A stretch of DNA of 63,221 nucleotides, filler included, from Octopus bimaculoides (lineage: Eukaryota), in NCBI RefSeq assembly GCF_001194135.2. It is 4 parts of 4 records of this genome, joined end to end, with 100 filler letters (N's around TTAATTAATTAA, not from the genome) between each part and the next. Parts side by side here need not be neighbours in the genome. Positions count along the whole stretch, not along the records: positions 1 to 14,093 come from NC_068981.1; positions 14,194 to 44,995 come from NC_068982.1; 2 more parts are not named here. The stretch is one strand, 5' to 3'. A model generated the notes under the pieces. It searched no databases. It saw only the letters and a list, made by a program, of their open reading frames with translations, and was not told the DNA's origin. Below, piece after piece: positions 12,967 to 25,722 of this stretch; the first letter of the stretch is position 1, and the number at the start of each line of letters is the position of its first letter. The position numbers were made by a program, and so were the translations under genes.

Positions 12967-13959
12967 GTAATAATACTTATTATCATCATCATAAGCAACA
13001 ACACAACTTCAATGAAAAAGGCGATGGCGTTTATGAAGAAATGCTGGTTTTTGATTTGGGCACAAGGTCAGCTATTTTGGGGCGAAGGGCTCAGTCTATC
13101 ACACACATACCAGTACTGCACTGATATTCCATTTTATCGACTCTGAAAAGATGAAAGGCAAAGTTGACTTCGACAAGATTTGAACTCAGAACGTAAAGAG
13201 CCTGAACAAACACCGCAAGGCACTTTTCCGACGCTGCGTACAGAGATACTCGATAACGGTAGCTGTAAGTACAACAATAGCAGCAGCGGCAACAATACAA
13301 GTTGTCACAACATTCATCTCAGTAACGAAATCAACAACTCCCCCCACATAGGCACAACGATGACGACAACGACGAGAACAACAACAATCACATCTGTCAA
13401 AATCTGAAAGCTTCAACATAATAAAAACAAATATTTGATATAAGATACTAAAGATACTATACTAGAAAAACGATAAAATAGACTCGCCTAATACTTCTTA
13501 TTTATAAATCGGGACGAGTCCAACTGATTAATTAGGTGAATGGATGCGAAAATGGGAACAGCCCAAACCCAGAGTGGTTTGCACTTTTAAGAACGAAAAA
13601 TCACTATAAATTTGGCTAAATGTACTTGTGAAGTTTAGCGACAGCCGAGGAACTGCACTTTTGTTATTCGTCCTCGTTACTTTTAAGTTCTATTGAACTG
13701 GAAGAAACCATTATGGAAAAATATATACAACAACAACTACATTTACGATATGTAATTCAGATAGGTGGTGTTTTCTGAATGACGCACGAGAAAAATTCTT
13801 AATGAATGAAGAGAAAAAAAAAACAATTGTATGAAATCTCTACGAAAAGGTCGGGGGTACACTTTGAAGAAATAAGCGGCTTATTTCATAGAAAATTGAT
13901 CTCATCAACGTAGTATATAGATACTTGAATTGAAATTTCACGTTCATATGTGTGTGTGT

Positions 13960-14015
<56 letters not shown>

Positions 14016-14137
14016 ATCATCATCATCATCATCATCATCGTTTAACGTCCGCTTTCCATGCTAGCATGGGTTGGACGATTTGACTGAGGACTGNNNNNNN
14101 NNNNNNNNNNNNNNNNNNNNNNNNNNNNNNNNNNNNN

Positions 14138-14149
14138 TTAATTAATTAA
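14138..14149. other. Artificial scaffold linker TTAATTAATTAA (six-frame stop)
   Basis: Flanked by exactly 44 N on each side; identical construct at 45040 and 61539. Confidence 0.95.
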
Positions 14150-14411
14150 NNNNNNNNNNNNNNNNNNNNNNNNNNNNNNNNNNNNNNNNNNNNATACATA
14201 CATACATACATACATACATACATACATACATACATGCACCATGGGCTTCTTTCAGTTTCCGTCTACCAAATCCACTCACAGGGCTTTAGTCAGCTCGATA
14301 GTAGAAGACACTTGCCCAAGGTACCACGCGGTGGGGATGAACTCGGAACCACGTGTTTGGTAAGCAAGCTTCTTACCGCACAGCCACTCCTGGGCTTAAT
14401 TTATGATAATT

Positions 14412-15020
14412 GGCGCAGGCGTGGCTGTGTGGTAACAAGTCTGCTTCTCAACCACATGGTTCCGGGTTCGGTCCCATAGCGTGATACCTGGTCCTCTATT
14501 ATTGCCACGAACCGACCAAATCCTTGTGACTGCATTCGGTTTGACGGAAGCTGAAAAGAAACGATGCTCTACATAATTATTATTTATATATACTCCAGAT
14601 AATATGACCGTCCAGCGAAGCGAACACGGAATTACCCATCAGAAGAATTCACAGAGTGACTGGCAACTAACAATAGTCACAGTCGTTAAATACTGATCAA
14701 CGTGGTTAGCCGTAAACTGGAACTTAACTGAGAGCCACTGCGGTATTTATTGGGGTAATATGTCCCTCCATACTCACACGTGTGTGTGTGTGTGTGCGTG
14801 CATGCGTGCGTGTGTGTCTTTGTGTCTGTGCCTGTGTCCCATCATCGCTTGACAATCGATGTTGATGTGTTTACGCCCCCGTAACTTAAAAAGCTCGTCA
14901 AAAGAGACCGACAGAATAAGTAATAGGCTTTAAAAAAAGGTACTGAGGTCGATTCGTTCCACTAAACATTCTTCAATGCAGTGCTCCAACATGGCCGCAG
15001 GCTAATAACTGAAGCAAGTA
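14412..15020 (+). mobile_element. SINE family B, head and tail modules separated by an insert and (TG)n
   Basis: GGCGCAGGCGTGGCTGTGTGGTAA head at 14412; tail ...GTGCTCCAACATGGCCGCAG...TGAAGCAAGTAAA near 15020. Confidence 0.75.
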
Positions 15021-15029
15021 AAAAAAAGA

Positions 15030-15640
15030 AGCATTCTTTTATTAGCCACAAGGGCTCACATACAAAAACATTAAATGACATGCAACAACATAAAAGACAA
15101 AAAACAGGACGATACAAAGGGTTTTACCGCGTGTACACAATGTAATAACAATAAGAATTGAACAAATTAAAAACTCCCAATAGGGGAGGCGCTTTAAGGT
15201 CCACGTGGAAAAACCCACAAAAGCCACGGGTGCCTGAATAACAGGGCAAGAAGCCGACTCCTTTGATTCCCTTTTTACAGGTGCAAGCTCAGAATTGGTC
15301 CTTTCACACTGGCCATTCTTCCAACATTCATCCACCTTTCAACAAACTTGTTACTAGGCAACACTTCCCTCTCAACCCTCAACTTCCTTTTCAAGTGAAA
15401 CTTGAAAAAGTTGATGAGGGCTTGGCCAAAGAGGAAACTGTCTGTCTTTAGCCCTTTCAAACAGGTCCACCATACTATCTCTTTCGCTACAGCTACTAGA
15501 CAAATAAAAATTGCCTGCTCCTCCCGACCAAAAGAGGGCGGTGGGACAATCTTCACAGTGGATTCAGCTATTGCCGGATCCGTCCCACACGTGACAGCAG
15601 TACCAGTTGCGTACTGGGTCGATCTAATCGATTGGATCCC
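15030..15640 (-). mobile_element. Tx1/L1-clade LINE 3' end, 5'-truncated
   Basis: ORF 15275-15556 LVAVAKEIVWWTCLKGL...FFKFHLKRKLRVEREVLPSNKFVERW is a Tx1-type C-terminus; the 3' UTR ends CCCTTGTGGCTAATAAAAGAA. Confidence 0.7.
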
Positions 15641-15644
15641 TCCC

Positions 15645-15995
15645 CAATAATTTAGACCGATCGCAGTATGTAACTGGTACTTAATCTATCGACTTCAAAA
15701 GGATGAAAGGCAAAGTCAACCACGGCGGAATTTGAACTCAGAACGTAAAGACAGACGAAATACCTATTTCTTTACTGCCCACAAGGGGCTACACACAGAG
15801 GAGACAAACAAGGACAGACAAACGGATTAAGTCGATTATATCGACCCCTGTGCGTAATTGGTACTTAATTTATCGACCCCGAAAGGATGAAAGACAAAGT
15901 CGACCTCGGCGGAATTTGAACTCAGAACGCACTGGCAGACGAGATACCGCTAAGCATTTCGCCCGGCGTACTAATGTTTCAGCCAGCTTGCTGCC
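15645..15995 (-). mobile_element. Two adjacent or nested SINE family A copies
   Basis: Duplicated TATCGAC...GAAAGGATGAAAG.CAAAGTC.ACC.CGGCGGAATTTGAACTCAGAACG core; the second copy has the full 3' tail at 15769-15850. Confidence 0.85.
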
Positions 15996-16264
15996 TTCAA
16001 ATATCTTAATATTATCTCATTTCTTGGTTCGTTTTGTATTTTATGAAGTCCTATGGCAATGGATGCGTGGCGAAAAATTGGTTAATCTGAAAAGTCAAAT
16101 CCGAACAGATGCAAGGATGAAAGTAAATCAGAAAAATCGGGCTGAATGTGAACCGGTTACCATCTAAGAAGATGAGAGAATCATTATATGTGTGCGTATG
16201 TAGGTAGTTATGTCGGTAGGTAGGTAGGAATGAGGTAGGTTGGTGGTCCCATGCCTAGCGGTGA

Positions 16265-16900
16265 CCAGGTCTACCAGTGTCTTCCATCATTGGCGCGCCT
16301 TCGTCAGCCCCTTTGCATCCTCCAGGGTGATGTCGAGCCTATCGAGGTTTTCTCCAATCCCGTCCAGCCATCTGATGTAGGGCCTGCCACGAGGCCTCTT
16401 CCAGCTCACAGTTGCTGCGTCGAATGAGCGTATTGCCTTGGTAGGCTGATATAGCAGGAGACGGAGGATATGTCCGTACCAGCGCATACAACGGAGAGCT
16501 ACGAGGTGGACGGCTACGGGCTGATGCGTGCGCGCACGCAGTTCTTTGTTGGACATATGATGGTACCACCTGATGTTTTCAACGGTCCTCAAGGCCCCCG
16601 CTATCGAAGCCGCCGATACTCTTTGCCAAAGTCTTCGAGATGGGCTACGTTTCTGCTCCACAGGGGAGAATGGAGAAGGCCTATGCATTGTAAATGCAGA
16701 GCTTCATCTTCCGGAAGATAGAGCGGTGGTGTCAAAGGGGCTTCCATATGGGCCAGGCATCCGTTGTTGGGGACTGTAGAGCCCAGGTAGATGAAGGAGC
16801 TGATAAGCTCTACGACATCGGGACCAATGTGGAGAGGGGGAAGTTCCGAGCCACCTCCAATATACATCAGCTTCGTCGTCGCTCTTGAAGACCAAACTGT
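16265..16900 (-). mobile_element. RTE-clade LINE 3' fragment
   Basis: VELISSFIYLGSTV, CMRWYGHILRL and KRPRGRPYIRWLD in broken frames. Confidence 0.8.
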
Positions 16901-18449
16901 TCTGTATATGGTCAGTGCATTCCTAAGCTGATCGATTAAGTTATTAAATAGAGTGTTATCATCTTCATACTCCAGGCTGGTATGGTCATAGTTCCTTAAG
17001 GACGCCAGGGAATTGCTCACAGATCTTTATGAAGCTGATCAAATATGAATCTGGTGATAAATAAACAGCTAATGATAAAAAGAGTTTAATAACTCCTCAT
17101 AAGGGAGAGTAACTTTGTTATATAAAAGTCCTTAATTTTAGATTTCTTAATACTTCAAAACATATGGGAGAGAGGAGGAGGAAGAGAGGAGAAGGGAGAG
17201 AGGAGAAATTTTATTTTAAAGAAATGATCTTTAGTAAACATATTCTTCAAAGGGAGATAAACAGTATACAATTTTGCAGATCTTTTCCGGGGAAGTAACT
17301 CTGTCTAAAGGGGGAACAACTGCTATAAATTCAAAAAAGTACCGAAAATGGAATAAATGTTTGTACTGTGAAGAAGTCGGATTTTAACTTCGTCGATTTT
17401 TATTTCATTGAATTTGTTTTTACTGACACTGCCTGTGATAGATTCTTCCACCTCTAGCTATTTGAAACATTTTGCTTATAGTTTAACAGATTTCTATCGT
17501 TGAAATAGCGCCGAACAATTCAAGGAGAATTTTAATATCCGTTAACTGGAATATACTTCTGCTTTACATTTCATTGCTAGAATCGTTAGAACACCGGATA
17601 AAACTTTTTGCAGTGGTTGATCCGGCTCTTTTCGTTATGCTTTCCAATCTCACAAAAGACAGTTTTATATTTACTCGCTCCGGTTCATTGAAATAAAGCA
17701 GTAATCGAGTAGTTGGGGGTTGATGATATCACGTAAACCCTTCTGCTCAAACTGACTAACCTTGAGTCTAAACTAGAAATAATTTATCTATTGTCTCAGT
17801 CATTAGACTTTAGTCATACTGGAGCAGCGCCTTGAAGAGTTTTGTCGAACGAATTGATTCCAGTAGTTTTTACGTCTGTTTTTTTTTCAGACTGATCTAT
17901 TTATTCTGTCAAACAAACCAACACCGGCTGTCAAACAGTGGGGGGTGGGGTGGACAAACACAAACACAAACACACACACATATATCTAATATAATAAATG
18001 TAAATGTCAGTGTGCCACACTTTTTCAACTTTACTCCTAGAGGCCATAGGTCAACATATGCCATTTTGGAATCAGGCCAACTCCATGAGTAAATTTAAAA
18101 TATTCCGGACCGAATCTTGACCTGCAATCCTGACATTTTGGATTCCCAAGTTTTCATTACTGCGATTGTTTACGGTGATATTTTTTACAAGATTCTTCGT
18201 GATGAATTTTTTTTTTGTTCGATAGCAATTTTTATAACTTGGANNNNNNNNNNNNNNNNNNNNNNNNNNNNNNNNNNNNNNNNNNNNNNNNNNNNNNNNN
18301 NNNNNNNNNNNNNNNNNNNNNNNNNNNNNNNNNNNNNNNNNNNNNNNNNNNNNNNNNNNNNNNNNNNNNNNNNNNNNNNNNNNNNNNNNNNNNNNNNNNN
18401 NNNNNNNNNNNNNNNNNNNNNNNNNNNNNNNNNNNNNNNNNNNNNNNNN

Positions 18450-18485
<36 letters not shown>

Positions 18486-18659
18486 GACGGGTTTCTTTCA
18501 GTTGCCATTTATTGAATCCACTCACAAGGTTTTAGTTGTCCTGAGGTTATAGCAGAAAACGTTTGCCCAAGATGCCATGCAGTGAGGCTGAACCCAGAAC
18601 CAAATGGCTGGGAAACAAACTTCTTAACACTCAGTCTTGTCTGTACCTGACCAAAGATA

Positions 18660-19050
18660 GATTCTGAGTAAATCAATAACAGAAATATGTGTAGCGAACT
18701 GCCATGCTTCACAGCAGTGAAACAAAGAGCCGTGACTGCAAAGGACATGCATAGGCTCGAAAGAAATGAAGTTAGCATGATCCACTGGATGTGTAATGTC
18801 AGTGTGCACACATGACAGAGTGTAAGCGCCCTGAGAGAAATGCTGGACATAAGAAACATAGGATGTGGCGTGCAAAAGAGATGTTTGCGCTGGTGTGGTC
18901 ATGTACTACGGATGCATGAGAAGAGCAGAGTGAAGAAGAGCCACTCCCAAACAGTTGAAGGAATCCGGAGTAGAGGTAGACCCAAGAAGACATGGGATGA
19001 GGTAGTGAAGCCTGACAGAGCTACTGACGAAAGACCGAGACCTCTGGAGA
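18660..19050 (+). mobile_element. RTE-clade LINE 3' fragment
   Basis: DMHRLERNEVSMIHWMCNV, CLRWCGHVLRM, SRGRPKKTWDEVVK. Confidence 0.8.
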
Positions 19051-19757
19051 TGTACTGTGACTGCAAAGACCCAGCAAATAAAGTGAGTTCATGGCTGTAT
19101 CCTACACCAGTCTCGCATAACCAGCCCCAACCCATTCAAAAGTACCTTGGATCGTAACTTCCGCCTACCAAATTCAATCACAAAGCTTTGATTGGCCCAG
19201 GGCTATAGCAGAAGACACTTGGGACTGAACCCGAAACCATGTAGCTGGGAAGCAAGCTTCCTAACGACACAGCCATGCCCGCGCCTACAATATAGTAACA
19301 AAAGGGTTAAACAACAATGTAATAATCCTTTCTACTCTAGGCACAATGCATGGAAATTTCTGGGAGGTGACTAGTCAATTACATCGACTCCAGTGTTTCA
19401 CTGGTACTTTATTTATCGACCTGAAAGGATGAAAGCAAAGCTGACCTCGGCAGAATTTGAACTTAGAATGTAAAGACAGATGGAATATCACATAGCATTT
19501 CACCCGATGTGCTACCGATTCTGCCACTTTGAACAACAATGTAACAACAAAAGACAAAAATCAGATTTTAAAATATCTTTATAATTTGTCTATAAAAAAG
19601 TCTATAAAAAGGGTTATTTTTTAATTATTACAAAATATAAATTTAGTCGGTGGTTTTTTATTTTTAATATGTATCTCTATATTTATTTAATATAATTTGT
19701 TGTCAATGAATTCTAATCAAGCTGTCTTTGAATTCCAATCAAGCCATGCTATTTAAG

Positions 19758-19915
19758 TTATGATGACTTGCTTACGATGACTTCTTTGATCCTTCTAAGG
19801 TCACCTTCAGGAATCTTGTCACAGCCGATTGTTAGTGCTGACTGGATTTCCTCACTGAAATTTGTCAGCTCACGATCACTGCATTTGTTGTGGTGAACTT
19901 TTACCCAGGTTTGAC
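19758..19915 (-). CDS. TYMP: Thymidine phosphorylase, last coding exon (GQTWVKVHHN...VIVSKSS*)
   Basis: Acceptor TTTGCAG|GT at 19915, phase 1 matches the previous exon; TAA ends at 19758; AATAAA on minus at 19682-19687 and 19657-19662. Confidence 0.8.
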
Positions 19916-20174
19916 CTGCAAATATACAAAAATATAAATACATATACAAACAAATATATAACTCAACATTCTAATTTCTATCTATGTTAGTATTTTCTAT
20001 ATTTATGTGAAAGAGAGATGGAGGCAGGGGGAGAGAGTCTTTTGCGTTCGTCTTCTTCATTTTCAGTCATAAGACTTTTTCAGCATCCTATGTGTTTTTA
20101 GTTGTGAAACTTGGTGCTTTCCTGATGAAGGATACCAACTTTTTCCAAAGTGCTAAAATCCTAAAGAATCATCA

Positions 20175-20440
20175 GTATCTAACGTCCGCTTTCCATGCTA
20201 GCATGGGTTGGACGATTTGACTGAGGACTGGTGAACCGGATGGCTACACCAGGCTCCAATCTGATCTGGCAGAGTTTCTACAGCTGGATGCCCTTCCTAA
20301 CGCCAACCACTCCGAGAGTGTAGTAGGTGCTTTTTCATGTCACCTGCACAGGAGCCAGTCCAGCAGCACTGGCAACAACTTCGCTTGAATGATTTTCTAA
20401 CATGTCACCGGCACAGGTGCCAGTAAGCGACGCTGGTTTT
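20175..20440 (-). mobile_element. RTE/Rex3(Expander)-type 3' tail repeat (family C)
   Basis: TTTAACGTCCGCTTTCCATGCTAGCATGGGTTGGACG...GGATGCCCTTCCTAACGCCAACC; usually ends in (GAT)n. Copies also at about 14030, 20740, 21340-21860, 24450, 25090, 28840, 29520, 29930, 31622, 33715, 41075. Confidence 0.7.
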
Positions 20441-21977
20441 GAGAATGAAGATTAAATGATGAAATGGGTTTATCTGTGTTTACCCATTCCATTAAGTGTA
20501 GTACATGTCTTTCACCATTATTTTGAATTTTCTGTCATATTTTACATCATAACAGCTGCATATACAAATTACAAAATGCAATCAACTCTTGACTTTACAG
20601 CTGTTTCAGAGACTGGTTGCTGCAACCATAAATATTATGCTATGATGTTAAATATTGAGTTAATATTGAACGTGTAACAACTAGCACAGATTATAATAGC
20701 CCCATGCAGCAGTCACAAAATCCTTATCAGAAGGTACAGGACTGTCCTTTCAGGTGCCGGTGCCACTTAAAAAGCGCCCATGTAGGTGCTGTGTTAACAC
20801 ACTCAAACCAGTGGTGCATAAATGCACCCATGCCAGTGGCATGTGAAAGGCACCCAGCACACTCTGCTAAGTAGTGGGCATTAGGAAGGGCATCCAGCCA
20901 TAGAAACCATGCCACAACAGTCAGTTGGAGTCTGGACAGCTCTCTGTTGGCCAACTCCATGTCAAACTGTCCAACCCATGCCAACATGGAAAACAGACGT
21001 TAAACTAGACTTGCATCCAGTTCTCATCAGTAGACTGTGCAACCTCCTACAGTACTAGTTTCTTCCCACGCACCTCAGAACTTTGGAATTCCCTTCGACA
21101 GTCTGGTTTTCCTCTTCAATAGGACCTCCAGTCTTTAAAGTCTAATGTACATCATCACCTATAACTTCTGTCTAATATCCATTTTATTCTAGTAGCCCTT
21201 GCGTTTTCAGTGGTCTAAGGACCTGGTTGAGCGAATGCTTAAAAAAAAATCTTTTTTTTAAACGATGATGATGATGTATGTATGTATACACACACATATA
21301 AGTATACACATTAGTTTTCTAATGCTGTGTCATGGCCATGAAACCGTAGTCGCTACCAATGCCAGTACCATCTGACTAGCATCTGTGCTGGTGGCATGTA
21401 AAAAGCACCATTCAAGCATTGGGCTTCATGGAAGCAATGATGGGTGGCCAAAACCCTTGGGAATATACCATGCTTGTGTTGACCTCGCAAGCCAAGTGAG
21501 ACCACAGTCAGCTGATGTTGGTGTCAGGTCAAAGGCACCTGTGCCAGTGACATGTAAAAAGCATCATTGAAAAGTTGGGCCTCATAGAGGCAGTGATAGG
21601 TGACCAAGACCCTTGACAATATACTGTGCTTGTGTTAACCTGTCGAGCCAAGTAAAACCACAGTCATGGCCGATGCCAATGTCAGGTCAGTGGCACCTGT
21701 TACACTCTCAGAGTGATTGGCATTAGGAAGGGCATCCAGCCATAGAAACCTTACCAGATCAGACTGGAACCTGGTACAGCCCCACTGGCTTACCAGTTTT
21801 CAGTCAAACAGTCCAACCCATACCAGTATGGAAAGCAGACATTAAACGATGATGATGTATTCACAAATACATACAAATAATATCAGTGTGTAACATGACT
21901 GGCTCGAACATAAATACAGGCATTAACACCACAACATCATTACAACTACTACAACACAAATATCTGATGTTACTCAC

Positions 21978-22112
21978 CTTTAGAAACAGGATCTCCAACA
22001 GACACACAGAATTCCATTCCAATTCCATAATCTTCATCTGCTCTCACTTCCATAGCACCCAAATTCATTATAACCTTACCGCAACACAGGGCATCAATGG
22101 CCTGGACGTAAC
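21978..22112 (-). CDS. TYMP: Thymidine phosphorylase exon (GYVQAIDALCCGKVIMNLGA...VSVGDPVSK)
   Basis: TTTTGCAG| acceptor, |GTGAGT donor, 135 nt, phase 1-1; matches the C-terminal alpha/beta domain GxVxxIDA...G...V.VGD motif. Confidence 0.92.
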
Positions 22113-23057
22113 CTGCAAAATATAGATTTATAAGGGTTCCATTATGGTGGGGGACTATCATTAAACAGCTTTGGATACGAACACTGTGTGGGTAAGACAG
22201 TTGCCCCAGGACCATGAAGATTCTGGTTCCATTCTACAGAAAGACACTTTGAGCAATTGTCTGTTTGTAAGTGCGTGTGTGTGTGTGTATTTATGTATAC
22301 ACACACATATGTATCCATGTCAGTGCATATGTCAGTGTGTGTATAAGTGCATGCATCAGTGTGTGTACCTGTGTCTGTGAGTGTGCATATGTGTATATGC
22401 ATGCATGCCTATATGTGTGTGTATTCCTGTGCACATGCGTGTCTGTGTGTGCATGTCTGTGTGCATGTATCTGTGTGCATGCACGTCTGTGTGTGTGTGT
22501 CTGCATGTGCCTCTGTCTGTGCACATCTGTGTGTATATGTGTGCATATGTGCATGCCTGTCTGTGTGCATGTGTGTGTGTGTGTAGTTATGTGTGTTTTA
22601 TATGTCATATGTATCTCTGTACCATGTGTGTCTCTATGTGACTATATATGCTTGTGTAAAGGTATGTGGCTTAGCAGTTAGCGTATACAGCTTTCAAATC
22701 TAAGGCCCCAAGTTCCATTTCTGGCAGTTCACTGTATCCTTGAACAAGGCACTTCATTTCACATTGCTCCAGTCCACTCAGCTGGCAAAAAGGACCAACC
22801 TTGTCACATTCTGTGTCACAGTGAATCTCCCCGAGAACTACATTAAGGGTGCACAAATCTGTGGAGTACTCAGCCACTTGCACATTAATTTCACAAACAG
22901 TCTTTTCCACTGATCAGATCAGCTGCAATACGTGCCATCATAAGCGACAGAGTGCCACTTTTTACACGTTTGTACATACACACACTCACACACAACATCT
23001 GGAACTTGAGTAATCCGAAGATGCTACAATACCAGAGAAATAATCAAGTATAATTAC

Positions 23058-23294
23058 CGTCTTTGTCAACTTTAAATTCTGTAATGCATTTAGCCGTCCT
23101 GTTTTGCTCAGTAAACATCTGCCAGGTATCTTCAGACTGACACAGTTGATGAGCAATAGCATTATCAACTCCCTGGGCCACCATCATGTCTTGGAACTTC
23201 TTCAGAGCGGTACCATCATTTATTGACACCTGTATTTTCTTCAGTCCTTCTTCCAAACTTTGCACCTTCTTCATCATCAGTAAAAGATGAGCAC
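23058..23294 (-). CDS. TYMP: Thymidine phosphorylase exon (GAHLLLMMKK...INDGTALKKFQDMMVAQG...VDKD)
   Basis: CTATAG| acceptor, |GTAATT donor, 237 nt, phase 1-1; conserved G.AL.KF..M..AQG. Confidence 0.95.
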
Positions 23295-23426
23295 CTATAG
23301 AAATGGCAGAAGTAACAAAGAAATAGAAATAAAGAAACGATTTTTAATTTCTCAAACGCAGGATAATGCTAATAATATAGCCTGAACAGGATAAACTACC
23401 CCTATTTTGCAGAAAAAAGTGTAGGT

Positions 23427-23501
23427 GGTTAGCTGTGGGACTTGAACTCACATCTCCGTGATTATGCGTCACGATGCTCTGACCGATTGAGCTAAACTCC
23501 C
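23427..23501 (-). tRNA. tRNA-Met(CAT)-like pseudogene or SINE head in a TYMP intron
   Basis: D-arm GCTC/GAGC, anticodon stem CGTGA/TCACG around loop CG-CAT-AA, T-loop TTCAAGT; acceptor stem only 5/7 paired, G at position 33 and one extra base, so probably non-functional. Confidence 0.55.
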
Positions 23502-23749
23502 CCACTACACATTCCTAGCGAGTTCTCTCAGATAGAAATAAGTTGCTGAGTGATTTGTTGTTTCTATTTCTAGCAGATCCAGCTTCCGTACAGAGATTCC
23601 TTGGTTACCTTTAGAATGCAAATGATTGAATTTCAATTTTTATAACATATTTGAGCTACAATTAAGAACACAGCTTTATTTCAATGCAAGAAGTCAATGC
23701 AAATTATTGTTAGTTATTAAGATATTAAGACGAGAATAAGTAAGGCAAG

Positions 23750-24255
23750 GACCGCTTTTCACCTGTTAAAAAAAGTATGGAGCGCAAGTGTAATTTCAAT
23801 AAAGAAAAATATAAGAATTTTTAGCACTAACGTAAAAGCGGTGTTATTGTATGGGGCTGAGACATGGCGAACAACAGTTAAGTCAAATAAGCAAATACAA
23901 TCATTCATCAACAGGTGCTTGCGTAGTATACTTAAAATCAGATGGCCCGAACACATAAGCAATATGGAGCTATGGCAAAGAACAAATCAAGTTTCGATTA
24001 GGGAGCAAATATTTAAGAAAAAGTGGAAGTAGATTGGTAGTACAATTAGAAAAGACACACCAAATGTAACGAAAAGTGCTTTACAGTGGAATCCGGATGG
24101 GTATAGAAAGAGGGGTAGGCCTAAGAACTCACGGCGTAGATCAACACAAAAGGAACTAGAGAAAGGGGGACATTCATAGCAGAGTATAAGTACAGAAACG
24201 AGAAATTATGTGACATGGAATTCAATTATAAGTGGCCTATATTCCGTGTTGGATG
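23750..24255 (+). mobile_element. RTE-clade LINE 3' fragment
   Basis: STNVKAVLLYGAETW, FINRCLRSILKIRWPEHISN, WNPDGYRKRGRPKN. Confidence 0.88.
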
Positions 24256-25556
24256 GTTAAAGGTAAGAAAATAAAGAAAAAAAAATTATTAAAAGTGATG
24301 AGAATTGCTAGCATACTGTGCAAAATGCTTAAAGGTATTTCATCTGTCTTCTCGTTCCGAGTTCAAATTCTGCTGAGGTTGACTTTGCCTTTCATCCTTC
24401 CAGGGTCAATAAAATAAGTACCAGTTGAGCACAATTTGAAATTATTATTATTATTGTTATTATTATGCTGGTATGGGTTGGACGGTTTGACTGAGGTCTG
24501 GAGAGCCAGTGTCTGCACCAGGTTCCAATCTGATTTGGCAAAGTTTCTACGTCTGGATGCCCTTCCTAATACCAACCACTCCGAAAGTGTAATAGATGCT
24601 TTTTACATGCTACTGGCACAGGGGCCAGTCAGACAGGTATGGCATCAATCACGTTCAGATAGTGCCTTTTATGTGCCACCAGCATGGGAGCCAGTCTGGG
24701 GGCACTGGCATTGACCATGTTCAGATGATGAATTTTATATGATATTATTATTATTATTATTATTATTTTATGTTTGACTTTTGCTTTGCATTTGTACAAA
24801 TTGGCTCCAAGCCTCACCTAGAGACCTCAAGAGACAACAAGTTAGAAGTTCATGTTGGTGTTATGCCTAGGGTGCCATATATTTGGTTTTGCACATAGTG
24901 TTGTTCTAGAGAATGTTTAAGAAACCATAAGAAAATTATAAGTTTTTTAAAATTTGAGATTACATAGACAGTATTTTACGTAGGATATAGGCAGTTCCCA
25001 TGAGCACTATCTTTTGAATTTCTGCCATTTTGGGGTTTTCTGGTATATGAGCTAGGTAGATATCAGCCCCTTTTGCTTATTATTACTAAAAGCCCCATTG
25101 AGTGTGATCGTTGCCAGTGTTGCCTTACTGGCACATGTGCCGGTGGCATGTGAAAAACAACATCCGAGCATGGTCATTGCCAGTGCTGCCGGACTGGCTC
25201 CCGTGCAGGTGGCACATAAAAAACACCTTTTGAGCATGGTCGTTGCCAGAACCACCTGACTGGCCCTAATGCCAGTGGCACGTAAAAGCACCCACTACAC
25301 TCTCAGAGTGGTTGGCATTAGGAAAGGCATCCAGCTGTAGAAACCTTGCCAGATGAGATTGGAGCCTGGTGCAGCCTTCTGGCTCGCCAGTCCTCAGTCA
25401 AACCATCCAACCCATGCCAGATGGAAAGTGGACGTTAAACGACGATGATGATGATGATTATTATTATTATTATTATTATTTGAAATCAATATTATTATTA
25501 TTAATGTTTAAGAAAAGTAGAAGCAATTCATTTTATAATCCTGGAATTTTTCTCAC

Positions 25557-25722
25557 CTTGATTAGTTACAAGTTCCATAATATCCTTTGGACCATTTCCC
25601 TTCAGGCACTGAACTGACTCTATCATCTCCAGAGTTCCATTAGAGGCCATTTTCCCTAATGGATAATCCATCTTAGTTAGAACAGCTCTTGTTTTAATTC
25701 CTAATTTGCAGGAAGTTTCCAC
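25557..25722 (-). CDS. TYMP: Thymidine phosphorylase exon (VETSCKLGIKTRAVLTKMDYPLG...LVTNQ)
   Basis: TTTTTTAG| acceptor, |GTGAGA donor, 166 nt, phase 0-1; LT.MD.PLG and LE motifs. Confidence 0.95.

Noticed and set aside
17080-17720. Non-repetitive AT-rich stretch that looks coding
   Set aside because: All frames are interrupted and I recognise no motif
20115-20165. CCTGATGAAGGA...TCC possible hammerhead
   Set aside because: No GAAA after stem II and no convincing stem I
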